Assembly: GCA_039801225.1 (NCBI GenBank)
Contig: JBDRUH010000002.1
Location: forward strand, 285 to 64,284
Direction of reading: 5' to 3'
DNA: 64,000 nt
Source: a candidate division WOR-3 bacterium
GTDB lineage: Bacteria > Hydrothermota > Tepidihabitantia > Tepidihabitantales > Tepidihabitantaceae
In this document: in pieces, positions 9,860-19,832 of the stretch
Position numbering within the stretch: the stretch's first letter is position 1
How the letters are laid out: each line of letters opens with the position of its first letter
Translations under genes and position numbers: made by a program
Notes under the pieces: model-generated
Databases searched by the model: none
Seen by the model: the letters and a program-made list of their open reading frames with translations, nothing else
What the model was told of the DNA's origin: nothing

Positions 9860-10399
9860 ATGAGGGAAGATAAAATCAAAGGTGTAGAAGATTTAAAAGA
9901 GAAAATCGGGCGGTCGCAAGCCTTTTATTTTCTTGATTTTACCGCGGTTCCAGCCAATGATTTTAACACCTTCCGGCGCCGTGCCCAAAAGGAGGGACTG
10001 AGCCTGAAAGTGGTGAAAAATTCTTTAGCCCTTTTGGCATTTACCGCCTGTGGGGTACCAGAAGAAATAGGAAAATTTCTGCGCGGACCAACTCTAATTA
10101 TTTTTACCGATAGCGAGCCGGTCACGCCGGCACGGCTGCTGCAAGAGACACGCGAGCGGTTACCAGGATTGAAGTTCAAAGGGGCATTTTTTGATAATAC
10201 CTTTTATCCACCCGAGGAGTTCTCTTTCCTCTTGAGTCTGCCGACAAAAAAGGAGGCAAGAGAAAATATCGTTCAGGCGCTTTTGACCCCACTTGCCGGA
10301 TTGGTCGGAGTGTTAGAAACACTAACCGGTGAGTTGGTATGGGTATTAGAACAGGCTCGGCCGATGGCTGAGAGCCAAGAACCGAGTGCCAAGCAGTGA
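9860..10399 (+). CDS. rplJ: 50S ribosomal protein L10
   Basis: L10-like sequence in the conserved position. I prefer the ATG at 9860, which is preceded by AGGAGA, over the track start at 9812. Confidence 0.9.
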   Translation: MREDKIKGVEDLKEKIGRSQAFYFLDFTAVPANDFNTFRRRAQKEGLSLKVVKNSLALLAFTACGVPEEIGKFLRGPTLIIFTDSEPVTPARLLQETRERLPGLKFKGAFFDNTFYPPEEFSFLLSLPTKKEARENIVQALLTPLAGLVGVLETLTGELVWVLEQARPMAESQEPSAKQ

Positions 10400-10432
10400 G
10401 TTGTAATTTTTTAATGAATAGGAGGACTCTCT

Positions 10433-10828
10433 ATGTCAGAAGATAAAATCAATAAGTTGATAGAAACAATTGAGAATTTGTCCGTGGCGGAATTAACCAC
10501 CCTGGTGAAGGAGTTGAAGAATAAATTCGGCGTCACTGTCCCGGCTTTTGTTGCCGGCGCCGCACCCGCGCCAGTGAGTGGTGGAACTCCCAGCGCCCCG
10601 GAGAAAGTTGAGGAGAAAACCGAGTTTGCCGTCACCCTTGTCTCAGTAGGTGATAAGAAAATTCAGGTGCTGAAAGAGCTCAGAGCGTTGATGCAGTTAG
10701 GGTTGAAGGAAGCAAAGGAGATAATTGATAAAACTCCCAGTGTGATTAAGGAGAATGCCACCAAAGAGGAGGCGGAGCGAATAAAGAGTAAGCTGGAAGA
10801 GGTGGGCGCGAAGGTGGAAATAAAATGA
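10433..10828 (+). CDS. rplL: 50S ribosomal protein L7/L12
   Basis: An Ala/Pro hinge and a C-terminal LKEAKEIIDKTP..EEAERIKSKLEEVGAKVEIK. Confidence 0.97.
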   Translation: MSEDKINKLIETIENLSVAELTTLVKELKNKFGVTVPAFVAGAAPAPVSGGTPSAPEKVEEKTEFAVTLVSVGDKKIQVLKELRALMQLGLKEAKEIIDKTPSVIKENATKEEAERIKSKLEEVGAKVEIK

Positions 10829-10848
10829 CGGCTCACGAAAGGAAACCC

Positions 10849-10884
10849 AAAATCCAAAACCCAAAATTTTAGATTTTGGATTTT
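10849..10884 (+). promoter_or_regulatory. AT-rich inverted repeat in the rplL-rpoB spacer (possible attenuator-type hairpin)
   Basis: AAAATCCAAAA ... TTTTGGATTTT forms 11-bp arms around a partly self-complementary loop. The position corresponds to the known rplL-rpoB attenuator site in E. coli. Confidence 0.35.
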
Positions 10885-10905
10885 AGAGCGGATGAGGGAG
10901 GTCCT

Positions 10906-13900
10906 ATGAATGTCCGGCAAAAGAATTTCGCTAAAAGGGCGACAGTTCTAGAAATCCCGAACCTTCTTTCCCTGCAACTGGACTCTTTTGCTGAATTTAC
11001 CCAACATAATGTTGCGCCGGCAGAGCGAAAGCCCACCGGACTTGAGGGGGTTTTTCAGGAAATGTTTCCGATTGAGGACGAGCACCGTAACTTCCGGCTG
11101 GAATATGTCCGCTATGAGTTTGGTCAACCCCGGTATTCGCCCGAGGAGGCTTTCGCCCATGGCGTGACCTATGCTATGCCGCTGAAGGTGGTCTTCCGAC
11201 TGATTAAGAAGGGGTTTGGTAAGGACGCCGATAAGGTACGGGATGTAATTGAACAGGAGGTATTTTTCTGCGAAATCCCCTGGATGACGCCTACCGGCTC
11301 GTTTATCATTAACGGCGTTGAGCGGGTGGTAGTTAACCAGCAGCATCGCTCACCAGGAGTTTATTTCTCCCAGGAAAAGGAGGAGGTCTCGGCACTGTTA
11401 GTGCCATTGCGTGGCGCCTGGTTTGAAATGGTTGTGAGTAAGAACCGTGCCCTTTTGGTTGTTCTGGACCGGAAGAAGCGCATCCCCGCCGCAACTTTCC
11501 TGAGAGCAATAGGCTACAGTTATGAGGATGTTTTGAAAGGGCTATTTAAGGTGGCAAAAAGGCGGCTCACACCAGGGCAGGTTCTCGCCGAAGATATTTC
11601 CGGACCCGAGGGCGAGGCTTATGCCCGAGTCGGCGAAGAGGTAACTGAAGGGTTGGTTGATTTTCTCGCCACAAAAGGCGTTACCGAAGCAGAGGTGGTC
11701 ATTGAAGGGCAACCGGGAATAGATATCATTATTAACACCTTTAAGGAGGACTATTTCCAATCCAAGGAAGACGCTATCAAAAAAATCTTCTACCGCCTCC
11801 GCTCTATCGTTCCCCACTCAGTTGATATCGCCGAACAGGTAATATTGGGGCTGCTCTTTGACCAGCGGCGCTTTGACCTGGGCAAAGTAGGGAGATTTAA
11901 ACTCAACCACCGGCTTTTTTTATCCACGCCATCTACTCAAACCGGACTAAAGAAAAATGAGTTACTTACCATCATCAGCTACCTAATCCACCTCGCCAGT
12001 GATGCCCAGATGTTTCTCCTCCGCGTGCCCTCTTCTATAGTTAACGATGAGCAAAAAATTTTCGCAGTGCTTAACACAATAGAATTAACACCCGAGGTAT
12101 TCCGCGTTAGTCGCCAAGCAGGAAATTGGCAAATCTGGTTCCGTGATGAAGCAGATGGACGACGGGCGATGGAACTTTTTGAACGAGCCGGTTATCGTCC
12201 AAGGGGAGAAGCGGTTAGGTATTCATTGGACGATGTTGACCATCTGGCTAACCGACGTGTCCGCCGGGTGGGTGAGCTATTGGAGACCCAAGTTCGTACC
12301 GCTCTTTTGCAATTAGCCCAAAATATTAGAGAACGGGCGGCATTCATTGACGAAAGTCAACTTACTCCTCAGGAACTTGTCAATACTCGGGTGGTGGCAA
12401 ATGCAATTATGCAGTTCTTCACCTCCAGCCAGCTCTGCCAGTTTATGGAACAAACTAACCCGCTTGCCGAACTTACTCACAAGCGCCGTGTCTCCGCACT
12501 CGGTCCTGGAGGACTCACTAAAGAGACGGCTGGTTTTGAGGTGCGCGATGTCCACTATTCCCATTATGGCCGAATCTGCCCAATAGAAACACCGGAAGGA
12601 CCTAATATTGGTCTCATCACCACCATTTCTACCTATGCCCGAATTGACCCCTACGGATTTTTAACCACCCCTTACTGGCGGGTAGAAGAGGGGCGGGTAA
12701 TAATGGGAAAAGGTAAAGAGGTTTATCTCACTCCCGACGAGGAAGAACTTTATACTATCGCTCAAGCGACAACCGAATTGACCGAGGACGGAAGGTTTGT
12801 CAAAGACGAAATCATCTGCCGGCGCCGCGGTGATGTTGTCACCGTGCCTAAGGAGCAGGTTGACTTTATGGATGTCTCACCCAAACAAATATTCGCTCCT
12901 TCTACCGTCCTTGTCCCCTTCCTGGAGCATGATGATGCCGACCGTGCCCTGATGGGCGCGAATATGCAGCGTCAGGCGGTTCCCCTGCTTATTCCGGAGA
13001 AGCCGGTGGTGGCTACCGGTGTGGAAGGGAAAATCGCCGCTGAATCGGGCGCGGTTCTTCTTGCCGATGAAGCGGGAGTGGTTACCCAGGTTGATGCCAG
13101 AAGCATTACTGTCCGCACCGAAAGCGGGTTAAAGGAGTATCGGCTTTTGAAATTCCGTAAGTCTAATCAGTACACCTGTTTTTCTCAGAAGCCGATTGTC
13201 CGAGCCGGTGATGTGGTGAAAAAGGGTGATATCCTTGCTGATGGTGCGGCGACTGAGGATGGTCAGCTCGCCCTGGGAAGAAATGTCTTCGTCGCCTTTG
13301 TTCCCTGGCGGGGTTATAACTACGAGGATGCGATTGTGATTTCCGAAAATCTTCTTAAAGAGGATGCGTTTACCTCTATTCAAATCTTAGAGTTTGAAAT
13401 TCAGGCGTGTGAGACCCGGCTCGGACCAGAGGAGATTACCCGGGATATTCCCGGTGTTACTGAGGAGGAGTTAAGAAATCTGGACGAGTTTGGTATTGTT
13501 AGAGTTGGTGCCGAAGTTGGTCCGGGCGACATTCTGGTTGGTAGAATTACGCCCAAGGGAGAGACTGAAGTTACACCGGAGGAGCGGCTTTTACGAGCAA
13601 TTTTTGGCGAGAAGGCGGCAAATGTCCGGGATACTTCTCTGCGGGTAGAGCCAGGGGTATATGGAACGGTAATTGACCGGCGAGTCCTTTCCCGAAAACT
13701 GAATAACCCTCTTTGCCGCCGGCTGGAAAAGGAGCGCATCGCCGAGGCAAATAGGAAGTTTGACCTTAAAATAAAATTCTTTACCGAACGCCGGGACGAA
13801 AAAATCCGTGCCGTCCTTAGAGGGCATAAAGCGGCGGCAAATGCCAAGACCGGACGCGGTAAGGTGCTCCATAAAGCCGGCTTAGTAATGGATGAAAAGT

Positions 13901-14907
13901 TTCTCTATTCCGAGGAGTTTTCTGAAGTGGTAAATTTTGCCCAACTGGTCTCCAACCCCCGGCTCCAGGAGGAAATTCACACCATTGAGGAGGAGTTCCG
14001 CGCGGCAAAGGTGAAGGCGGATGAGGAAAGAAAAGAGGAGATTGAAAGACTCTCGCGCGGTGACGAGCTCCCACACGGCGTTCTCACCTGGATTACCATC
14101 TTTATCGCCCAAAAGCGCCGTTTATCTGTCGGAGACAAAATGGCCGGGCGGCACGGAAATAAGGGGGTGGTGGCTAAAGTCTTGCCGGTGGAGGATATGC
14201 CGTTTATCGCCGTAAACCCGGAACAAACAGCCGAGAGCCGAGAGCCGACAACTGTCAGCCGACTGCGGGGGATTCCAGTAGATATGGTTCTAAACCCATT
14301 GGGGGTGCCGTCGAGAATGAACTTGGGACAGGTGCTGGAGACCCATCTTGGCTGGGCAGCAAAAATTCTTAATTATCAGGCGATATGTCCAGTGTTTGAA
14401 AGCGCCAGTCCAGAGGAAATTAAGGAGGAACTGAGAAAGGCAGGTCTGCCCGAGGATGGGAAAGTTGTTCTCTATGACGGCAGGACCGGAGAACCATTTA
14501 AGAGTAAGGTAACGGTGGGAGTAATGTATATGATGAAGTTGGTTCATATGGTTGATGATAAAATCCATGCCCGTTCTACCGGCCGTTATTCGCTTATTAC
14601 TCAGCAGCCTTTAGGTGGCAAGGCGCAGTTTGGCGGGCAGAGGTTTGGTGAAATGGAGGTGTGGGCTTTAGAGGCATACGGTGCGGCACATGCACTTCAG
14701 GAGATGTTGACCATTAAGTCGGATGATGTGGAGGGGAGAAGCGCCCTTTATGAGGCGTTGGTTAAAGGGAAAAATCCACCCCGACCAAGAGCACCCGCCT
14801 CTTTTATGGTTTTGGTTAAGGAACTGCAGGGACTGGGCCTGGAGTTGAAAGCCGAGGACCGAGGACCGAAGACAGAGGACAGAAAACGGCGGACGGAGGA
14901 GCGATGA
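10906..14907 (+). CDS. rpoB: DNA-directed RNA polymerase subunit beta
   Basis: Conserved blocks include DDVDHLANRRVRRVGELL, PIETPEGPNIGLI, GDKMAGRHGNKGV and NPLGVPSRMN. The ATG at 10906 follows GGGAGG, whereas the track start at 10876 lies inside the upstream hairpin. Confidence 0.98.
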   Translation: MNVRQKNFAKRATVLEIPNLLSLQLDSFAEFTQHNVAPAERKPTGLEGVFQEMFPIEDEHRNFRLEYVRYEFGQPRYSPEEAFAHGVTYAMPLKVVFRLIKKGFGKDADKVRDVIEQEVFFCEIPWMTPTGSFIINGVERVVVNQQHRSPGVYFSQEKEEVSALLVPLRGAWFEMVVSKNRALLVVLDRKKRIPAATFLRAIGYSYEDVLKGLFKVAKRRLTPGQVLAEDISGPEGEAYARVGEEVTEGLVDFLATKGVTEAEVVIEGQPGIDIIINTFKEDYFQSKEDAIKKIFYRLRSIVPHSVDIAEQVILGLLFDQRRFDLGKVGRFKLNHRLFLSTPSTQTGLKKNELLTIISYLIHLASDAQMFLLRVPSSIVNDEQKIFAVLNTIELTPEVFRVSRQAGNWQIWFRDEADGRRAMELFERAGYRPRGEAVRYSLDDVDHLANRRVRRVGELLETQVRTALLQLAQNIRERAAFIDESQLTPQELVNTRVVANAIMQFFTSSQLCQFMEQTNPLAELTHKRRVSALGPGGLTKETAGFEVRDVHYSHYGRICPIETPEGPNIGLITTISTYARIDPYGFLTTPYWRVEEGRVIMGKGKEVYLTPDEEELYTIAQATTELTEDGRFVKDEIICRRRGDVVTVPKEQVDFMDVSPKQIFAPSTVLVPFLEHDDADRALMGANMQRQAVPLLIPEKPVVATGVEGKIAAESGAVLLADEAGVVTQVDARSITVRTESGLKEYRLLKFRKSNQYTCFSQKPIVRAGDVVKKGDILADGAATEDGQLALGRNVFVAFVPWRGYNYEDAIVISENLLKEDAFTSIQILEFEIQACETRLGPEEITRDIPGVTEEELRNLDEFGIVRVGAEVGPGDILVGRITPKGETEVTPEERLLRAIFGEKAANVRDTSLRVEPGVYGTVIDRRVLSRKLNNPLCRRLEKERIAEANRKFDLKIKFFTERRDEKIRAVLRGHKAAANAKTGRGKVLHKAGLVMDEKFLYSEEFSEVVNFAQLVSNPRLQEEIHTIEEEFRAAKVKADEERKEEIERLSRGDELPHGVLTWITIFIAQKRRLSVGDKMAGRHGNKGVVAKVLPVEDMPFIAVNPEQTAESREPTTVSRLRGIPVDMVLNPLGVPSRMNLGQVLETHLGWAAKILNYQAICPVFESASPEEIKEELRKAGLPEDGKVVLYDGRTGEPFKSKVTVGVMYMMKLVHMVDDKIHARSTGRYSLITQQPLGGKAQFGGQRFGEMEVWALEAYGAAHALQEMLTIKSDDVEGRSALYEALVKGKNPPRPRAPASFMVLVKELQGLGLELKAEDRGPKTEDRKRRTEER

Positions 14908-17900
14908 CGGAAGACGTAACACGACTGACCGATTTTGATTCCTTGTGTCTGAGGATAGCCTCAGCTGAGACCATCCGGAGTTGGTCCTATGGCGAGGTAA
15001 TTAAACCCGAGACCATCAATTACCGAACGCAGAAGCCAGAAAGGGATGGACTTTTCTGTGAGCGGATCTTTGGACCGGTTCGGGATTATGAGTGTAATTG
15101 CGGAAAGTATAAAAAGTTCCGTTATAAAGGAATTGTTTGCGATAGGTGTGGGGTTGAGGTTACCAGTTCCAGTGTTAGAAGGTATCGGATGGGGCATATT
15201 GAATTGGTCGTTCCGGTAGCCCACACTCTGTTTTATCAGGTGCCACCTTCTAAGATCGGGCTCATTCTTGGGTTGTCAATTAATGAGGTGGAGACAATTC
15301 TTAATTATGAGGTGTATATTGTTATTGAACCGGGTGAGTCTCCTTATAAGAAAATGGAATTGCTCGCTGAGGATGACTACCGGAATGCCGTAACGCGCTA
15401 TGAGGGCTTTAAAGCCGATACCGGGGCACCGGCGCTGAAGACTTTGTTGAGTAGTATTGAACTTGACGACCTGGCGGCAGAGTTGCGGGCAAGGATTAAG
15501 CACGAAACCTCCCGTCGTTTTACCCTTCTCAGGCAGTTGAGAGTGGTTGAGGCGTTCCGAACCAGCGGTGCGCGACCCGAATGGATGATTCTTGAGGTTT
15601 TGCCGGTCCTGCCACCAGACTTAAGACCTCTGGTTCCTTTGGAGGGTGGTAGATATGCCACCTCAGACCTGAATGACCTTTATAAACGGGTAATAGTCCG
15701 GAATAATCGTTTGAAGCATCTGATGTCAATTAGGACCCCGGAGATAATTTTGAAGAATGAGAAACGGATGCTCCAAGATGCGGTTGATGCTTTGTTTTCC
15801 AATGAGACAAGACCCCGCCCGGTCCGCGGTAAGGGTAATCGGCCGTTGAAATCGCTGTGTGAAGCACTGCGTGGGAAGCAGGGTAGATTCCGAAGGAATT
15901 TGCTGGGTAAGCGGGTAGATTATTCTGGAAGGTCGGTAATCGTTGTTGACCCGACGCTGAAGTTGCATCAGTGCAGTCTACCCAAAGAGATGGCTCTGGA
16001 ACTTTTTAAGCCGATGATATTACGCCGTCTTGAGGAACGGCGTCTGGCCGGAAGTGAAAGGGGGGCAAAGACCCTTTATCGGGAGGAAACACCTGAGGTC
16101 TGGGAAGTTTTGGAAGAAGTTACCAGAAATCATCCAGTTCTTTTGAATCGGGCACCGACTCTGCACCGAGTATCAGTAGAGGCTTTTTATCCGGTTCTTT
16201 CTGAGCATCGGGCAATAGGAATCCATCCGTTAGTCTGCCCGCCGTTTAACGCCGACTTTGATGGTGATACAATGTCGGTGCATGTGCCGGTAACTCCAGA
16301 AGGAATCCTTGAATCGGCGGTTTTGATGCTTTCTTCAAATAATATTCTTTCCCCGGCACACGGCAAGCCTCTAATGACACCTTCCCAAGATATAGTAGCC
16401 GGAATTTATTATATTACCAAGAGCCGTGAACCGTACGCCGAAAGCCAAAAGCCGAAAGCCGTTTTTGACGATTTTGCCACCGTCCATTCGGCTTATGACC
16501 TCGGTGAACTTGAATTGCACGAGTGGATTTTGTTCCGTTATAAAGGAAAGGAGTATCTCACGACCACCGGTCGGGTGTTGTTTAATGAGGTTTTGCCTAT
16601 AGAGCTGCGGTTTGTAAATGAGGTCTATTCTAAGGAGAAGTTGGTGAACCTGATTGACCGCTGCGTGAAAACATTGGGGTTTTCTACAACCGCAAAGTTG
16701 CTGGATGATTTGAAGGACTTAGGACTGGAATTTGCTACCCTGTCTGGTCTGTCAATCGGAATGGATGATGTTGTTGTCCCTGAGGAGAAGGAGAAAATTT
16801 TGAAGGAAAGTGAACGGGAGGTAAGAAAATTCGTTCAGGCCTACGAAAGGGGATTGTTAACCGATTCGGAGAAGTATAATAAGATTGTTAATACCTGGAC
16901 ATTGGCTACCGCCGAGGTGGAGGAGGCGCTGATGGCAAGGCTTTCCCGGGACCAGAATGGTTTCAATCCGGTTTTTATTCTAATTGACTCCGGGGCAAGG
17001 GGCTCCCGAACTCAGGCGGCACAGTTAGGAGGGATGCGCGGGTTAATGGCAAAGCCGCAACGTCGCTCCGCCGGAGAGGAAGTAATTGAAACACCGATAA
17101 AGAGTTCTTTCCGTGAAGGACTTTCGGTATGGGAATATTTTATCTCTACCCATGGCGCGCGCAAAGGGCTCACCGATACCGCCCTGAAGACCGCTGAAGC
17201 CGGTTATCTTACCCGGCGGCTGGTGGATGTGGCACAGGATGTGGTGATCACAATGGAAGATTGTGGCACAATTGTCGGTCAGGAGGTAACCGCCCTGCGC
17301 GAGGGCGGCGGGGTTATTGAGCCGCTCTCAGAGCGAATTGCCGGCCGGTTTGCCCTTGACGACATTGTCAATCCGATTACTGGCGAGGTGATCGTCAATG
17401 CCGGGGAAGAGATTACCGACCAAGCAGCAGAGGAGATTGAAAACTCCGGGATTGAGACCGTCCGGGTGCGTTCGGTTCTTACCTGCGAGGCGCCCAATGG
17501 TCTGTGTGTTAAATGTTACGGCAGAAATGTTGCTACCGGCCGGCTGGTAGAGATTGGTGAGGCGGTGGGAATTATCGCTGCCCAGTCAATTGGCGAACCC
17601 GGAACGCAGTTAACGCTAAAAACCTTTCATGTGGGTGGAGTGGCATCACGGGTCGCAGAGCAGACCAAGGCTATTGCCCGCTTCTCAGGACGGGTCAAGT
17701 TTGAGTCGGTCAATGCCGTGCGCCGGAGCGATGGCGAGATGACCGCATTGGAACAGGGACGCCTTCTCCTTGTTGAAGAGGGGCGGGCGGTGCCATTTAC
17801 CATCCCGGTCGGCGCATTGGTTCGGGTTCGTGATGGTCAGGATGTTAAAGAGGGCGAGGTGCTCTTTGAGTGGGAGCCTTATTCCATTCCCATCCTTACC

Positions 17901-18917
17901 CGAACAAAAGGAAAGGTTAGATATGGTGATATTGAGGTGGGCAGGACACTCAAAGAGGATATTGACGAACGAACTGAACGAATGCAACGGGTGATAATTG
18001 AGGACCGAGAGCGCAAACTTCATCCCAAGTTGGATATTGTAAATGAAAAAGGGAAAGTTTTGGAAACTCACGCCCTTCCTGCCGGTGCCTATCTGGTTGT
18101 GGAGGACGGAGCCGAAGTCCTGCCCGGTGATGTCCTCGCCCGGCTCCTAAGGGAAACCGCCAAAACCCGCGACATCACCGGTGGATTGCCCAAGGTAGCC
18201 GAGCTTTTTGAGGCGAAACGGGTGAAATCACCGGCGGTGATTTCCGAAATTGACGGCACCGTGGAAGTGGGAGAACCGAAAGAAGGTAAAAGACTTGTCC
18301 GGGTAATATCACCAGGTGGCGCGGTGAAGGAGTATGAGATTCCTTACGGTAAGTTTCTTTTGGTGCGGTCCGGAGACGAGGTAAAGGCGGGTGATAAGTT
18401 GTGTGAAGGAGCGGTTGACCCCCACGATGTCCTGAAAGTCAAAGGCTGGTTGGCGGTGCAGGAGTTCTTAACCAATCAGATTCAGGCGGTTTATCGTCTC
18501 CAAAAGGTGAAAATCAATGACAAACACATATCGGTTATCGTCCGACAGATGTTGCGCAAGGTGAAGATTGAAGATGCCGGCGATACCAACTTTATTGAAG
18601 GAGAAATTGTTGAAAGGCGCCGGGTAATAGATGAGAACGAAAAACTCCTTGCCGAAGGGTTGCGACCGGCAACTTATCAACCAATTCTCTTAGGCATCAC
18701 CCGCTCGGCACTGCTCACCGAGAGTTTTCTATCCGCCGCCTCATTCCAGGAAACAACCAGGGTTCTTTCCGAGGCGGCGATTCAGGGACGGGAAGATAAA
18801 CTGCGTGGACTCAAGGAGAATGTGATCGTCGGTAGATTAATTCCCGCGGGAACCGGTTTCCGGGAGTTCACTCGGATAAAACTAATAACCGAAGTTGAAG
18901 AAAAAAGCAGCGAATAG
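14904..18917 (+). CDS. rpoC: DNA-directed RNA polymerase subunit beta prime
   Basis: A zinc-binding [21 protein letters not shown] motif, the catalytic NADFDGD and 1337 aa. An ATGA overlap joins it to rpoB. Confidence 0.98.
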   Translation: MTEDVTRLTDFDSLCLRIASAETIRSWSYGEVIKPETINYRTQKPERDGLFCERIFGPVRDYECNCGKYKKFRYKGIVCDRCGVEVTSSSVRRYRMGHIELVVPVAHTLFYQVPPSKIGLILGLSINEVETILNYEVYIVIEPGESPYKKMELLAEDDYRNAVTRYEGFKADTGAPALKTLLSSIELDDLAAELRARIKHETSRRFTLLRQLRVVEAFRTSGARPEWMILEVLPVLPPDLRPLVPLEGGRYATSDLNDLYKRVIVRNNRLKHLMSIRTPEIILKNEKRMLQDAVDALFSNETRPRPVRGKGNRPLKSLCEALRGKQGRFRRNLLGKRVDYSGRSVIVVDPTLKLHQCSLPKEMALELFKPMILRRLEERRLAGSERGAKTLYREETPEVWEVLEEVTRNHPVLLNRAPTLHRVSVEAFYPVLSEHRAIGIHPLVCPPFNADFDGDTMSVHVPVTPEGILESAVLMLSSNNILSPAHGKPLMTPSQDIVAGIYYITKSREPYAESQKPKAVFDDFATVHSAYDLGELELHEWILFRYKGKEYLTTTGRVLFNEVLPIELRFVNEVYSKEKLVNLIDRCVKTLGFSTTAKLLDDLKDLGLEFATLSGLSIGMDDVVVPEEKEKILKESEREVRKFVQAYERGLLTDSEKYNKIVNTWTLATAEVEEALMARLSRDQNGFNPVFILIDSGARGSRTQAAQLGGMRGLMAKPQRRSAGEEVIETPIKSSFREGLSVWEYFISTHGARKGLTDTALKTAEAGYLTRRLVDVAQDVVITMEDCGTIVGQEVTALREGGGVIEPLSERIAGRFALDDIVNPITGEVIVNAGEEITDQAAEEIENSGIETVRVRSVLTCEAPNGLCVKCYGRNVATGRLVEIGEAVGIIAAQSIGEPGTQLTLKTFHVGGVASRVAEQTKAIARFSGRVKFESVNAVRRSDGEMTALEQGRLLLVEEGRAVPFTIPVGALVRVRDGQDVKEGEVLFEWEPYSIPILTRTKGKVRYGDIEVGRTLKEDIDERTERMQRVIIEDRERKLHPKLDIVNEKGKVLETHALPAGAYLVVEDGAEVLPGDVLARLLRETAKTRDITGGLPKVAELFEAKRVKSPAVISEIDGTVEVGEPKEGKRLVRVISPGGAVKEYEIPYGKFLLVRSGDEVKAGDKLCEGAVDPHDVLKVKGWLAVQEFLTNQIQAVYRLQKVKINDKHISVIVRQMLRKVKIEDAGDTNFIEGEIVERRRVIDENEKLLAEGLRPATYQPILLGITRSALLTESFLSAASFQETTRVLSEAAIQGREDKLRGLKENVIVGRLIPAGTGFREFTRIKLITEVEEKSSE

Positions 18918-18926
18918 GAGCGTTGT

Positions 18927-19313
18927 ATGCCAACAATCAATCAGTTAGTTCGTAAGCCCCGCAAAAAAATCCGTAGAGCCTCCAAGGCACCGGCTCTAAA
19001 GGGAAATCCGGTGCGACGGGGAGTTTGCACCCGGGTTTATACCACCACTCCCAAAAAACCCAATTCCGCCCTGCGCAAGGTGTGTAAAGTTAGATTGACC
19101 ACCGGCTACGAGGTTACCGCTTACATACCCGGGGAAGGGCATAACCTCCAAGAACATTCTGTTGTTCTTGTTCGGGGTGGACGGGTGAAAGACCTGCCTG
19201 GTGTCCGTTACCATGTGGTCCGAGGCGTATTAGACTGCAGTGGTGTTGAGGGACGAAAGCAGGCACGTAGCCAATACGGGGTAAGAAAACCAAAACCGCA
19301 GGCCTCATCTTAA
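18927..19313 (+). CDS. rpsL: 30S ribosomal protein S12
   Basis: [14 protein letters not shown]... and [10 protein letters not shown]. Confidence 0.97.
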   Translation: MPTINQLVRKPRKKIRRASKAPALKGNPVRRGVCTRVYTTTPKKPNSALRKVCKVRLTTGYEVTAYIPGEGHNLQEHSVVLVRGGRVKDLPGVRYHVVRGVLDCSGVEGRKQARSQYGVRKPKPQASS

Positions 19314-19343
19314 AATGGCTTCGACTGAAATAGGAGGGTTTCT

Positions 19344-19814
19344 ATGGCACGAAGAGGTAAAATAAAAAAGAGAACACCCGCACCAGACCCACGCTACAAA
19401 TCGGTTATTGTGGCAAAATTTATAAATAAACTGATGTGGGAGGGCAAAAAGACTGTTGCCCAAAAGATTTTCTACGAAGCACTAAACTTGGCGCAAAAGA
19501 AAACTAACGAAGACGGCTATGCCCTATTTCAAAGGGCGCTCAACAATGTCAAACCGGTCCTGGAGGTCAGACCAAGAAGGGTGGGCGGCGCCACCTACCA
19601 GATTCCAATGGAGGTTCCTCCCCATCGGCGCGACTCTTTGGCGATGAAATGGATAATTGAAGCGGCACGGGCGCGCAGTGAGCCAACAATGATTGAACGA
19701 TTAGCCGCCGAATTAATAGACGCCAGTAAAAAACAGGGGAATGCGGTCAAAAAGCGGGAAGATACCCACAAAATGGCTGAAGCCAATCGCGCCTTCGCCC
19801 ACTACCGCTGGTAG
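19344..19814 (+). CDS. rpsG: 30S ribosomal protein S7
   Basis: [15 protein letters not shown] and a C-terminal [10 protein letters not shown]. Confidence 0.97.
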   Translation: MARRGKIKKRTPAPDPRYKSVIVAKFINKLMWEGKKTVAQKIFYEALNLAQKKTNEDGYALFQRALNNVKPVLEVRPRRVGGATYQIPMEVPPHRRDSLAMKWIIEAARARSEPTMIERLAAELIDASKKQGNAVKKREDTHKMAEANRAFAHYRW

Positions 19815-19832
19815 GCTGGGGTAGTCGGCTGT

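Noticed and set aside
10876-10905. The upstream non-ATG start of rpoB (the track start, translated as M) and likewise the upstream start of rplJ at 9812
   Set aside because: The rpoB extension begins inside the spacer hairpin, whereas a GGGAGG RBS precedes the ATG at 10906. For rplJ, an AGGAGA RBS precedes the ATG at 9860, and the extension has no L10 homology.
13401-13847. 148-aa minus-strand ORF and many other 60-130-aa ORFs inside rpoB and rpoC (for example 10948..11346, 13817..14074 and 17685..18071)
   Set aside because: All are nested in the opposite or shifted frame of the RNAP subunit genes, whose own frames are unambiguous.
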